From Thermoproteota archaeon (GTDB lineage: Archaea; Korarchaeota; Korarchaeia; Korarchaeales; Korarchaeaceae), in contig JALSOH010000004.1 of the NCBI GenBank assembly GCA_026986575.1, positions 352,001-416,000 on the forward strand: a stretch of 64,000 bases of DNA. The letters are read 5' to 3'. A program made the position numbers and the translations under genes. Below the pieces are notes generated by a model that searched no databases, was not told the origin of the DNA, and saw only the letters and a list, made by a program, of their open reading frames with translations. Of this stretch, positions 30,082 through 39,446 are shown one piece after another (the stretch's first letter is position 1; each line of letters starts with the position of its first letter).

Positions 30082-31182
30082 GTGTTTAGACTTCCACTTG
30101 ACGGCCTTCACAGGGAGCTGGGAGCTAAGTTCTTCGAGTTCGCTGGTTGGGAAATGCCAATGAAGTACACGAACTCACTTAAGGAAACACTCTCGGTCAG
30201 AAATTCGGTCGGGATATTTGACACATCTCACATGGGGCGTTTCATACTACGGGGACCTCAAGCAGTTGACTTCCTCCAGAGAGCCACCTCAAACAACATC
30301 AGGATATCCAACGGGAGGACGAGGTACACCCTAACACTCAATCCCGAGGGGGGGATAAAGGACGATAATGTAGCCTTCAAGCTTTCAGACGAACTCGTCC
30401 TATTCATCGCGAATGCATCGAACAGAGAGAAGATACTGAAATGGTTCGAGGAATTAATATCGGAGTGGGGTATGGACGTGGAGTTGAGCGACGAGACCTT
30501 TAGGACCGTGATGATGGCCATCCAAGGACCTAAAGCCAGGGATCTCGTTCACGATGTATTAGGAATGACTTTTGACCTGAGGAAGTTCAGAGTAGAGGAG
30601 AGTACTCACGAGGGAATCAAGTTCATCGTAAGTAGGACGGGTTACACAGGGGAGGATGGCTACGAGATAGTAACATGGGATGTCCACTGGGCTGAATTCA
30701 TCTACAGGGAACTGGTGGACAAGGGAGCCGTACCCTGCGGACTGGTTGCGAGGGATATACTCAGGCTCGAGGCCGGGCTAGTTCTCTACGGGAACGACAT
30801 AGACGAGGAAACGAATCCATTTGAAGCAGGCCTAGATTTTGCCGTGAAACTAGATAAGGAGTTCTTCATAGGTAAAGAAGCCTTGATTAGAATGAAGGAG
30901 GAAGGTGTGAAGAGAAAGAGGGTCGGTCTGCTAAGCGAGACTAGAAACTCCCCAAGAAAGGGGGATAAGATATTCAAGGACGAGGAGGAAGTAGGTGTGG
31001 TCACCAGCGGCACCTTCAGCCCCACATTAGGGAGGGGAATAGGTATGGGATACATCCCACTAGAGTTAGCAAGGGAGGGAGAGGAATTCACTATCAAGGG
31101 AGCGAAGGAGTTCAAGGCGAGAGTTTCTAAAATGCCCTTCTACGACGAAAGTAAATACGGGTGGAGGAGGTCCTCTACCTGA
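30082..31182 (+). CDS. gcvT: Glycine cleavage system T protein
   Basis: FAGWEMP, FDTSHMG, SRTGYTGEDGYE, ARD.LRLEAG. Confidence 0.95.
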   Translation: MFRLPLDGLHRELGAKFFEFAGWEMPMKYTNSLKETLSVRNSVGIFDTSHMGRFILRGPQAVDFLQRATSNNIRISNGRTRYTLTLNPEGGIKDDNVAFKLSDELVLFIANASNREKILKWFEELISEWGMDVELSDETFRTVMMAIQGPKARDLVHDVLGMTFDLRKFRVEESTHEGIKFIVSRTGYTGEDGYEIVTWDVHWAEFIYRELVDKGAVPCGLVARDILRLEAGLVLYGNDIDEETNPFEAGLDFAVKLDKEFFIGKEALIRMKEEGVKRKRVGLLSETRNSPRKGDKIFKDEEEVGVVTSGTFSPTLGRGIGMGYIPLELAREGEEFTIKGAKEFKARVSKMPFYDESKYGWRRSST

Positions 31183-31507
31183 CCTTCCCCAAGACCACAT
31201 GGCTGACGGTCTTCGCAAGCCTTCGAGTCTCGGCGATTTTAACTACATCCCCTTCCTTTATATCGAGACACGGTGGGAGGTGCGCGTGGATCTTACTCCT
31301 CCTCCTCTCATACCTCTTGTATTTCGGCCTGTAATGGAGGTACTCAACAAGCACGGTCACGGTACCCGTCATCTTGGTGCTGATGACCCTCCCCACCAAG
31401 GTCTTCCCCCTGATAGATATGCTCCCGTGCCAAGGGCACTTTTCATCGGAGCATTCCCTCTCAGGAGGGATCACATCTCCGATCAGAGCTTCAGATAGTC
31501 TCCTCAT
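31175..31507 (-). CDS. rps17: 30S ribosomal protein uS17
   Basis: C.D.KCPWHG, KY.RYERRRSKIHAH.P, ETR.LAKT. Confidence 0.95.
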   Translation of the reverse strand: MRRLSEALIGDVIPPERECSDEKCPWHGSISIRGKTLVGRVISTKMTGTVTVLVEYLHYRPKYKRYERRRSKIHAHLPPCLDIKEGDVVKIAETRRLAKTVSHVVLGKVR

Positions 31508-31776
31508 GATCTTTTCACCCTCTCCTCAGGTCTTCCTACTATCTTATCACCTAGGACGATGACTCGTTTACCACTGGGCAACCTAAATAAAAACAACCTC
31601 TCCTCTTTCGGTACCATGACATCACCCTTGGAGGTCCTGATCACAAGCATGTTCTTGGTCTCGTAAATGACCTTCCCCCTGATCCCTAGCTCCGCCAGAT
31701 TGGGTGAGGACAACAGTTTCACCTCCAGACCTATAAGCTCGTGATAAAGGAGATTAGAGGGTTTTATGGGGGCTAT
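31504..31776 (-). CDS. rnp1: RNase P protein subunit Rpp29 (Pop4), predicted AUA start
   Basis: GKVIYETKNML, VPK, G..IVGRPEER; conserved N-terminus NLLYHELIGLEV lies upstream of the first canonical start. Confidence 0.88.
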   Translation of the reverse strand: MAPIKPSNLLYHELIGLEVKLLSSPNLAELGIRGKVIYETKNMLVIRTSKGDVMVPKEERLFLFRLPSGKRVIVLGDKIVGRPEERVKRS

Positions 31777-31982
31777 ATCCTTATACCCCTCTCCCTAAGA
31801 ATGGTTAGGATCCTAGCCTTCTCTCTCCTCAGTTCTCTGTTAAGGTGGATCTTCTCAGCCGCCCCCATTAATCTCTTGGCCTCTAGAAGGAAGAATTCCT
31901 TCTCCACCTCTCTCAACCGCTCTAGGAGCTCCTCATTTGTCATACCTCTTAGCTCCTCAACCTTTCTCGTTGGCAACCTCAC
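31773..31982 (-). CDS. rpl29: 50S ribosomal protein uL29
   Basis: ELR.M..EEL..RL, RELRRE.ARILT. Confidence 0.92.
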   Translation of the reverse strand: MRLPTRKVEELRGMTNEELLERLREVEKEFFLLEAKRLMGAAEKIHLNRELRREKARILTILRERGIRI

Positions 31983-32841
31983 TCACCCCCTCAGCCTCCT
32001 CCGATTCTGATTCGGACTTCGACTCTGAACTCGACTCAGCCGATCCAGATTCCTCAACAACTGAACTTTCTTCTGCCTCCGCTTCAACCAGCTCAACTTC
32101 CTTGACTTCCTCAGATCCCTCGGAAGACTCCAAGGCTTCCGCTAACTCCTCAGGGACTTCTACCTCTACCTCGGTGGTAGACAACTCCTCTCTCTCAGCC
32201 TTCATCCTCTGCCTTATCTCCTCTATAACCTCCTCCCTTATTTTTACCATATCGGGGCTCTCGACGTCGGGCCTCACTATTCTAACTCTAACACCTATCA
32301 CTCCTTGGGGCATAAGCACGTGCTTTACCGCATAGTCGACCTTCTCTATCTGATCTTGCCCGCATCTGTAGATTACCCCGGCCCTAAACCTCTCTTCCCT
32401 AGCTCTCTGACTCCCAAATTTGCCTGCGAGCCTTATTTCCACTCCCTTAGCACCGGCCATCATGACCCTCCTGAGGGCGGAGAAGGCCACCCTCTTGTGC
32501 CTCTCTCCCCTAGCGATTCTCCTAGCTATGTAACTAGCTACGATCCTCGCGCTCAAGAAGGGTTCGTCCACCTTCCTGGCCTGAATATAGGGATTAGAGA
32601 TGCCTAGGGCCTCTTTTACCATTTCTCCTATCCTTTTGGATGCTCTCCCGCCTCTACCAATGATTATTCCGGGACGTTCGACGTAAACCGTAATGATGTC
32701 CCTCACCGGCGTGGAGGAAATGTCCACACCGTGAAAACCAGCCTTCTCAGCTACTTTCTCCATTAACTCATGCAGGGAGTATCTAATAATGCCCTCCTGA
32801 ACGAACTTCTTATAGTTAGGTAGGGTCTTCGTGGCGCTCAT
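31957..32841 (-). CDS. rps3: 30S ribosomal protein uS3 with long acidic C-terminal tail
   Basis: KH domain PGIIIGRGG, GAKGVEI, GVIGVRVRI. Confidence 0.95.
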   Translation of the reverse strand: MSATKTLPNYKKFVQEGIIRYSLHELMEKVAEKAGFHGVDISSTPVRDIITVYVERPGIIIGRGGRASKRIGEMVKEALGISNPYIQARKVDEPFLSARIVASYIARRIARGERHKRVAFSALRRVMMAGAKGVEIRLAGKFGSQRAREERFRAGVIYRCGQDQIEKVDYAVKHVLMPQGVIGVRVRIVRPDVESPDMVKIREEVIEEIRQRMKAEREELSTTEVEVEVPEELAEALESSEGSEEVKEVELVEAEAEESSVVEESGSAESSSESKSESESEEAEGVSEVANEKG

Positions 32842-33308
32842 TCTTCCTCCTCCCTTTCCTCCAGCACTATTTCAACATGAACTAACTGCTCCACCTTGGG
32901 GGTAGCTCTACCGTAGGCCCTGGGGAAGATCCTCTTCAGCTTGGTTCCGGTTTGAGCAGCTGCGTGCTTCACATACAGGCGGTCAGGATCCAAGTCCTTA
33001 TTCGTGGCGTTATGTTCCGCACTCTTGAGTATCTTCTTGACGAGCTTCGCGGCCTTCACGGGGTACCTACCAGGTTTCCACCCGTTCAGCTCCCTCCTAT
33101 GGGGCACTCCCCTCTTAAACCTCTTGAAAGGTACAGCCCTCTTCAGAGCTATCACATCGTCTAGAATCTGGTAAGCTTCAGACAGTTTCTTGCCTCGGAT
33201 AGCTCTCAGCAACTCAACTGTCTCCTTGAACGATACCCTCAGGTCTCTCCCTGAAGCCATGGCTTCCCGCTCGCCTTTCGCGCTGTAGGAATATCCCCAC
33301 GATGGCAA
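32838..33308 (-). CDS. rpl22: 50S ribosomal protein uL22
   Basis: S.KET.E...AIRG, VPFKR, GRYPVKAA, PRAYGRA. Confidence 0.96.
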   Translation of the reverse strand: MPSWGYSYSAKGEREAMASGRDLRVSFKETVELLRAIRGKKLSEAYQILDDVIALKRAVPFKRFKRGVPHRRELNGWKPGRYPVKAAKLVKKILKSAEHNATNKDLDPDRLYVKHAAAQTGTKLKRIFPRAYGRATPKVEQLVHVEIVLEEREEEE

Positions 33309-33356
33309 CCTTCTTTACCTCCCTTCGGTTGGCATAGATCGGGGGCGTTTATAAAA

Positions 33357-34064
33357 ATGCTTGAGAAGCTGGACCTCGTAGCCGTCGATGTTGACGGCAC
33401 CATAACCCACGAGGAGCCGTACATTCACTTAGGAGCGGTTAAAGCTCTGAGATCTCTTGGGGAGAAGGTACCCATAGCCTTGGTGACGGGTAACCCCTTC
33501 CCCATCGCCTACGCTCTGTCGATTTACTTGAGACCAAGCTCGCAAGTGATTGGGATAGCCGAAAACGGAGGGGTAGTATACTTCGGAGGGAAGCACAGGC
33601 TACTTGGCAATCTGGATGTAATGAAAAAGGTAAAAAAATTTATAGAAAATAGTAATTACAGAAAATATATATCCGAAGATTCTAAGTTTAGATATGTTGA
33701 TTTGGCTTTGAGGATGGATCCTTCGACCCAAGAGAGGCTGATCAAAGAGATACTCTCGAGAGAGCTGGATGTGGAAATAACAACCAGCGGCTATGCTCTT
33801 CACATATTGCCCAAAGGGGTAAACAAGGGAACCGGACTCCTGTCCTTATGCGAGGAACTCGGCATAGATCCAAGACATGTGGCAGCTGTAGGCGACTCTC
33901 ACAATGATTTGGAGATGTTTTCTGTGGTAGGCCTCTCGATAGCCCTCCCCAACGCCCCAAGAAAGGTCAAAGAAAGAGCAGACGTAGTCGTGGGAGGACC
34001 TGGATATGGTTACAGCCTCCCACTTGCTATAAAAGTACTCAAGAACCTCCTTTCTCCTCTCTGA
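33357..34064 (+). CDS. Cof-type HAD hydrolase (archaeal phosphoglycolate phosphatase-like)
   Basis: DVDGT, TGN, AENG, NKG, GDSHND. Confidence 0.88.
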   Translation: MLEKLDLVAVDVDGTITHEEPYIHLGAVKALRSLGEKVPIALVTGNPFPIAYALSIYLRPSSQVIGIAENGGVVYFGGKHRLLGNLDVMKKVKKFIENSNYRKYISEDSKFRYVDLALRMDPSTQERLIKEILSRELDVEITTSGYALHILPKGVNKGTGLLSLCEELGIDPRHVAAVGDSHNDLEMFSVVGLSIALPNAPRKVKERADVVVGGPGYGYSLPLAIKVLKNLLSPL

Positions 34065-35022
34065 CTCCTCTCCTAGACTTCTCCATCCTGAACCTCCAGA
34101 AGAGATAGGCTCCGACAATCACCGGCGGGACTACTGCTAGGAGAATGAGCTGAGGGGGTACGTAAGGTTCGGCCTTCTGTATTATGACTACTAGGGATTT
34201 ACCATTCTCTTGAAGTTGGGGAACGAACTCCCAAAGGGCATCGTTCCATATGACCACCTTAGGTGCTGGGTTCCCTCCGAGTATTGAGATCTTTAGACTC
34301 GTGAAGTTGACCCATAGGTTGGCAGAGATGTCGTCCGGTAGTGCTGCCGTGAGAGGTGTCAGATCTATGTAGTAATAGCCGCTAGGACTTCTTCTGAGCT
34401 CCAACGGGAGGCTCTCTACCGTGAGATTGTAGTTCACTATCAAGGCGTGTGTTGCCATCTGCTCCTCGGTCCTGAAGGAGAGATGAAGTGACTTTATCTT
34501 GTCACTCTTCGCCGCTACGGAGGCGACTGAGACGATCCCCGTGTAGTTTATGTGCGGGGTGGACGCGTAAGTTACATTGACAAAGTTCCACCTTATTCCA
34601 TAGAGGAGGAGGAACCTGTCGCCATAGAAGAAGCTCATCATAGTGTGGACCGTTGTATTATCGAAGTAGCCCGCTGCTTCAGCCTTGGGGAAGAAACTTG
34701 CCCTCCTTGTAGGGTCTCCTGGTCTGGGGATAGCTATCAGGGTGTAAATCCCCCTAGGCCCAGCATTCGTCATGTTAATGGTGACGTTCCCCCTATAGCT
34801 TATCCAGTTGAGTATGGGAGCCTTGAGGACATTAGAGAAGTATCTGGTTTCAGGCTCGTGAATCAGCCTGAAGACCCGTGCCTTCATGGTGGCTGAGAGA
34901 TCCTCATGTATGACTATAGTAGCTACTGGCATCGGTCTCACAGCGGAGACGGAGAGGACAGCAGTGCCCAGGAGTAGGATGGCAGTTAGTAGGACTGCAG
35001 GACCCTTTCTCATGCTAGACAC
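34039..35022 (-). CDS. Hypothetical secreted protein with C-terminal TM anchor
   Basis: Signal peptide, several N-x-S/T sites, C-terminal TM followed by a basic tail. Confidence 0.7.
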   Translation of the reverse strand: MSSMRKGPAVLLTAILLLGTAVLSVSAVRPMPVATIVIHEDLSATMKARVFRLIHEPETRYFSNVLKAPILNWISYRGNVTINMTNAGPRGIYTLIAIPRPGDPTRRASFFPKAEAAGYFDNTTVHTMMSFFYGDRFLLLYGIRWNFVNVTYASTPHINYTGIVSVASVAAKSDKIKSLHLSFRTEEQMATHALIVNYNLTVESLPLELRRSPSGYYYIDLTPLTAALPDDISANLWVNFTSLKISILGGNPAPKVVIWNDALWEFVPQLQENGKSLVVIIQKAEPYVPPQLILLAVVPPVIVGAYLFWRFRMEKSRRGVREEKGGS

Positions 35023-35083
35023 CTTTCGCCAAACCGAGATGGTACCCTTTATTTAAATGAGGGTCCTTATGGATGCGCTGGGT

Positions 35084-37573
35084 ATGACGAATAGAAGGGG
35101 AATACTCCTCTCCGTCTTCTACTCAGGTGAGGATAAAGCTGCTGTGATGAAGTTCTACGATCCTGAGAGAGAGGAGGTCTTTCTGGTAAGAGATAATACT
35201 GGACATAAACCCTATCTGTTAACGGATGCACCAGCCGACTCATTAGAGGAAGTACTGTCCCCCAGCTTAGCTGCTAGGTTATTCAAGGTCTCCAAGGTGA
35301 GGAAGTACGATGTTCTGAGGGACAAGGAAGTTGAAGTGACGAAGGTAGAGGCCAAGGATCCGCTCGCCATAGGAGGATCCCCTAAGAACATTAGAGAGGA
35401 ATTGGCGAAGAAAGGGTTCAATGTGTGGGAAGCCAAGATAAAGTACTACGACTGCTACGTGTATGACAGAGGGCTGATACCCGGCTGCTCTTACGAGGTG
35501 GACGACTCAGGAAACGTGATTAGACCACACAAGGACAGCAAGATTCCCCAAGAGTTCAGGCATTTAGACGAGAGGACCAAGGAGATACTCTCTTCCATGA
35601 TACCCCTATTCGATGAACCTTCCCCGCACCTAAAGAGTGTTGCCGTCGATATAGAGGTACTCGCCACTCTAGACAGGATGCCCGATCCATCGAAGCCGGA
35701 TAAACCTGTAGCGGCAGTAGCATTAGTTGATAATGAGGGTAGGAAGGAGGTTCATGTGCTGCTGCGGGGCGGGGAGGTGCCAGATATCCTACCCAATGGA
35801 GCTCAATTGATCAAGTATGAGAACGAGGGTAGGTTGATCCGCTCCGTCCTAGACAGGATCTCACAATACCCTCTGGTCTTCACGTACAACGGCGATAACT
35901 TCGACATGCCCTACCTAGCTAGGAGGGCTAGGGAATTGGGAGTGAGGGACTGGCCAGTAAGGTTGGAGAGGGACAGAGCTCTTCTAGACACGGGAATGCA
36001 TGTGGATCTCTATAAGCTCTTTAGCAACAAGTCAATTCAGGTTTACGTGTTCAACAACAAGTACTTGGGTTACACGTTAGATGAGGTGGCTGAGGCCTTA
36101 CTTGGTGAGAGGAAGATTGAACTGGGCACTAGAGACTTTTACTCAGTTAGCGTCAGAGAATTAGCTGAATATTGCCTGCAAGATGCGGAATTGACCTTCA
36201 AGTTGGGGAATATAGGGGAGGGCGAGCTGATCAGGTTACTCTTCCTCCTCTCTAGGATAAGCAAGATGTCCTTGGAGGAGGTATCTAGGCAAGGAGTCTC
36301 CTCATGGATCAGGAACATGATATTCTTCGAATACAGGAGGAGGAACTGGCTCATACCGGAGCAGGATGAGATAAAGGCGGTCAGAGGGGAGAGGACCTAC
36401 TCACAGGCGATAATAAAGGGGAAAAAGTACATGGGAGCTATAGTGCTCGAGCCAGTTCCGGGCGTCCATTTCAATGTGGCAGTGATGGACTTCGCGAGCC
36501 TATATCCCTCCATAATTGGCAGGTGGAAGGTGAGCTTCGAGACGATAAATTGCCCACACGAGGACTGCAGGGAGAACAGACCGGTGGAGGAACTGCCCCA
36601 CTGGATATGTAGGAAGGGGCTTGGGATAGTCCCTTACCTCATACAGGCGCTGAGGGACATGAGGGTGAAGAGGTACAAGAAGAGGGCTAAAGAGGAGAAG
36701 AACGAGCACATGAGAAAATGGTTCGACACGGTTCAGAGGAGCTTGAAGGTCTTCCTTAACGCTAGCTACGGGGTGTTCGGGTATGAGAACTTCCCTCTGT
36801 ACTCTCCACCCGCCGCTGAGACCATTACTGCATTGGCCAGGAAGGCCATGCTCCTATCGATAGAGAAGGCTAGAAAAATGGGTTTGGAGGTCATTTACGG
36901 AGACACCGATTCTCTATTCATTAAGGGGGCAACTCAAGAGGAAATAGAACGGTTGGAGGAGGCAGTAGAATCCAAGTTGGGTATAGATCTGGAGCTGGAC
37001 AAGTGGTATCGGTATGTAGTCCTCTCTCGTCTGAAGAAGAACTACCTAGGAGTGACTGTGGACGGAGTAATTGATGTGAAGGGGCTCCTCGGGAAGAAGA
37101 GGAACATTCCTCTGTTCGTCAAGAAGGCGTTTGATGAAGTTCTGGAGATACTCAAAAAGGTGGAAACTCCCGATCAGTTCGAAGAGGCCAAGGAGAAGGT
37201 AGCTGAGACGATAAGGTCCTATGTGAAAAGGCTGGAGGCTGGAGAGTTCGATCTGGAGGAGCTGGCCTTCAAGACCATGCTGACTAGGAACTTGAACAGC
37301 TACAAGAAGACCACCCCTCAGCACGTCAAGGTGGCGAGGATGCTGGAGAGCATGGGAAGGAGGGTGGTGGCCGGTCAGGTGATCAGGTACGTGAAGGTGA
37401 GGGGTAGAGAAGGTGTAATGCCCCTAGAACTCGCCAGAAAGGCCCAGATAGATAAGGAAAAGTACTTGGAGATAATGAGGACCACATTCGAGCAGATACT
37501 CGATTCCCTAGACATGGATTTCGATGATATAGTGAAGGATAGGAAATCAACGAGCCTTGAGGAATTCTTCTAG
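35084..37573 (+). CDS. polB1: Family B DNA polymerase PolB1
   Basis: Intact exonuclease motifs (DIE, YNGDNFD, YCLQD) and polymerase motifs (DFASLYPS, NASYG, YGDTDS); PIP box SLEEFF. Start placed at ATG 35084 downstream of TTTATTTAA; 35057 is the longest ORF. Confidence 0.95.
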   Translation: MTNRRGILLSVFYSGEDKAAVMKFYDPEREEVFLVRDNTGHKPYLLTDAPADSLEEVLSPSLAARLFKVSKVRKYDVLRDKEVEVTKVEAKDPLAIGGSPKNIREELAKKGFNVWEAKIKYYDCYVYDRGLIPGCSYEVDDSGNVIRPHKDSKIPQEFRHLDERTKEILSSMIPLFDEPSPHLKSVAVDIEVLATLDRMPDPSKPDKPVAAVALVDNEGRKEVHVLLRGGEVPDILPNGAQLIKYENEGRLIRSVLDRISQYPLVFTYNGDNFDMPYLARRARELGVRDWPVRLERDRALLDTGMHVDLYKLFSNKSIQVYVFNNKYLGYTLDEVAEALLGERKIELGTRDFYSVSVRELAEYCLQDAELTFKLGNIGEGELIRLLFLLSRISKMSLEEVSRQGVSSWIRNMIFFEYRRRNWLIPEQDEIKAVRGERTYSQAIIKGKKYMGAIVLEPVPGVHFNVAVMDFASLYPSIIGRWKVSFETINCPHEDCRENRPVEELPHWICRKGLGIVPYLIQALRDMRVKRYKKRAKEEKNEHMRKWFDTVQRSLKVFLNASYGVFGYENFPLYSPPAAETITALARKAMLLSIEKARKMGLEVIYGDTDSLFIKGATQEEIERLEEAVESKLGIDLELDKWYRYVVLSRLKKNYLGVTVDGVIDVKGLLGKKRNIPLFVKKAFDEVLEILKKVETPDQFEEAKEKVAETIRSYVKRLEAGEFDLEELAFKTMLTRNLNSYKKTTPQHVKVARMLESMGRRVVAGQVIRYVKVRGREGVMPLELARKAQIDKEKYLEIMRTTFEQILDSLDMDFDDIVKDRKSTSLEEFF

Positions 37574-39442
37574 CTTCTCTTTCACTCTCTTGCTGACTAT
37601 AGATCCGTCTATCTTCCCCCTGACCTCCCTCATCACCTCGCCCATGATCATGCCGTAAGCCCTCTCTCCCTTCTCCATCACCTTGGATGAGAGCTTCTCG
37701 AGGACCTGTTCTATCACCTTGTCCAGCTCATCGACCGACATGCGATGAGTCCTCACGTATTCCTCAACGCTGGAGTACTCTCCTCTAGATAGAGACCTCA
37801 GCACCTCTGGCACGGCCTCCTTCGCCAGTGATCCCTCCCCAAGCAACTTAGCTATCTCCTCAAAGTGCTTTTCTCTTAGATTTTCCACGGGTTCGCCTTC
37901 TCTTTTCAAGGATCTAACCATTGAGACAAGCATTGAAGCTAGAAATCTGGTAGGCACCCCGTACCTGCTTAACTTCTCGAAGAGCTCCACCTTCCCATCA
38001 TCGAATATCTCCCAAGCCAGCTCTTCAGTCAGGTCATATTTCTCCGTTAGCTCTCTGACCTGATCCTCTGGCATGGAGGGGAGTTCCCTTATCTTTTCCA
38101 GTATGGGCCTCACGTTCACAGGCATGACATCGGTTTCAGGGTACATCCTGGCGGAGCCAGGCATGGGTCTCATGAAGGCTGTGTTTCCGTCGGGAAGGGC
38201 CCTCCTAGTTTCACTAGGCACTCCTCTGAGGGCTTGCTTCAGCCTCTCCCTCACGGAGTCTAGAGCCAGTTTGGCGGCATCCTTCCTACCCAGAACGAGC
38301 ACAAAGGAATCACCTTCATCACATCCGAGCAGTTCCCTGACCCTATTCACCTCATCCTCTCCTATTCCATAGCCAGGTAGCTCGTCTCCGTGAAGGATGC
38401 CCTTAACTCCGCCGAAGACCTTGGCATAATCCGCTAGCTCTGTCCCGAATCTCCTTCCTGGCTGTAGCTCCTTGCCTAGTATACCACTGAAACCCTTAAC
38501 TTTGATGCCGTAGACCCTCTCGCCCTTGGACATGGCCTTCTTTATTAACTTCGACTCGGAGGATGAGAAAACGGAGGTCACATCGATGATGGGGACGTCT
38601 AGATCCTCCTCCCTCACCCCCCTACTTCTCAGCTCATCTCTTATACTGAGGAGGTTAAGCTGCCTCATAACCTCTCTTCTAATTATCTCCGGGATGAGAT
38701 CTAAGTCCTGAACGCCCTTTATCTCCTGTCTGGCGCCGCCCTCTATGGAAACGTTTATGTCCTGCCTGATGGTGCCCAACCCCCTCTGAACCCTGCCTGT
38801 CGCTCTAAGTATCCTCCCGAGCTTCAACGCCGCTTCTCTGGCCTGTTCGGGGTTCTTAATATCGGGCTCGGTCGCTAACTCTACCAAGGGAATGCCCAGT
38901 CTGTCGAGCCTGTACTTGGCTCTTTCGGGTTTACTTTCAACGATGTAGGCTGACTCCTCCTCCAGACAGAGGGTCGCCATCCTGACCCTGCCCCACTTAG
39001 TCTCTATTCCGCTGCCCTCCCCACCCAGTGCTACTAGGGCGGTTCTCTGGAATCCGGTGGTATTGCTCCCATCGACGACTATCTTCCTCATGATGTGGAC
39101 CTCGTCCACGGGCTCCATTCCTAACATCAGCGCTATGGTCAGGGAGATCTCCAAGGCCTCCTCGTTCATTGGGTGGGGAGGCGCCTCGTCAGCCTCCACC
39201 TCGCAGGTGGTGTCGTAGTAGATCCCGTAGAGGAAATCCCTCTTCCTCAACGACTCGAACCTAGCAGCTGGATCTACAGCACCTAACTCGCTGTAGGAGA
39301 CACTCAGTCTCCTCCTGATCCACTCATGGGGATCATCTTCTCTCATTATTGAGGGACAGCTACAAAACAACTTGTGCGTATCGAGCCTCTGATGGATCTC
39401 AAGCCCGACCTTGAGACCTATCCTTTCGTAATCGATGTCCAC
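37547..39442 (-). CDS. gatE: Glu-tRNA(Gln) amidotransferase subunit E
   Basis: GLEIHQ, RKIVVDGSNTTGFQRT, RGLGTIRQD, RMYPETD. Confidence 0.97.
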   Translation of the reverse strand: MDIDYERIGLKVGLEIHQRLDTHKLFCSCPSIMREDDPHEWIRRRLSVSYSELGAVDPAARFESLRKRDFLYGIYYDTTCEVEADEAPPHPMNEEALEISLTIALMLGMEPVDEVHIMRKIVVDGSNTTGFQRTALVALGGEGSGIETKWGRVRMATLCLEEESAYIVESKPERAKYRLDRLGIPLVELATEPDIKNPEQAREAALKLGRILRATGRVQRGLGTIRQDINVSIEGGARQEIKGVQDLDLIPEIIRREVMRQLNLLSIRDELRSRGVREEDLDVPIIDVTSVFSSSESKLIKKAMSKGERVYGIKVKGFSGILGKELQPGRRFGTELADYAKVFGGVKGILHGDELPGYGIGEDEVNRVRELLGCDEGDSFVLVLGRKDAAKLALDSVRERLKQALRGVPSETRRALPDGNTAFMRPMPGSARMYPETDVMPVNVRPILEKIRELPSMPEDQVRELTEKYDLTEELAWEIFDDGKVELFEKLSRYGVPTRFLASMLVSMVRSLKREGEPVENLREKHFEEIAKLLGEGSLAKEAVPEVLRSLSRGEYSSVEEYVRTHRMSVDELDKVIEQVLEKLSSKVMEKGERAYGMIMGEVMREVRGKIDGSIVSKRVKEKLEEFLKAR

Positions 39443-39446
39443 GTAA

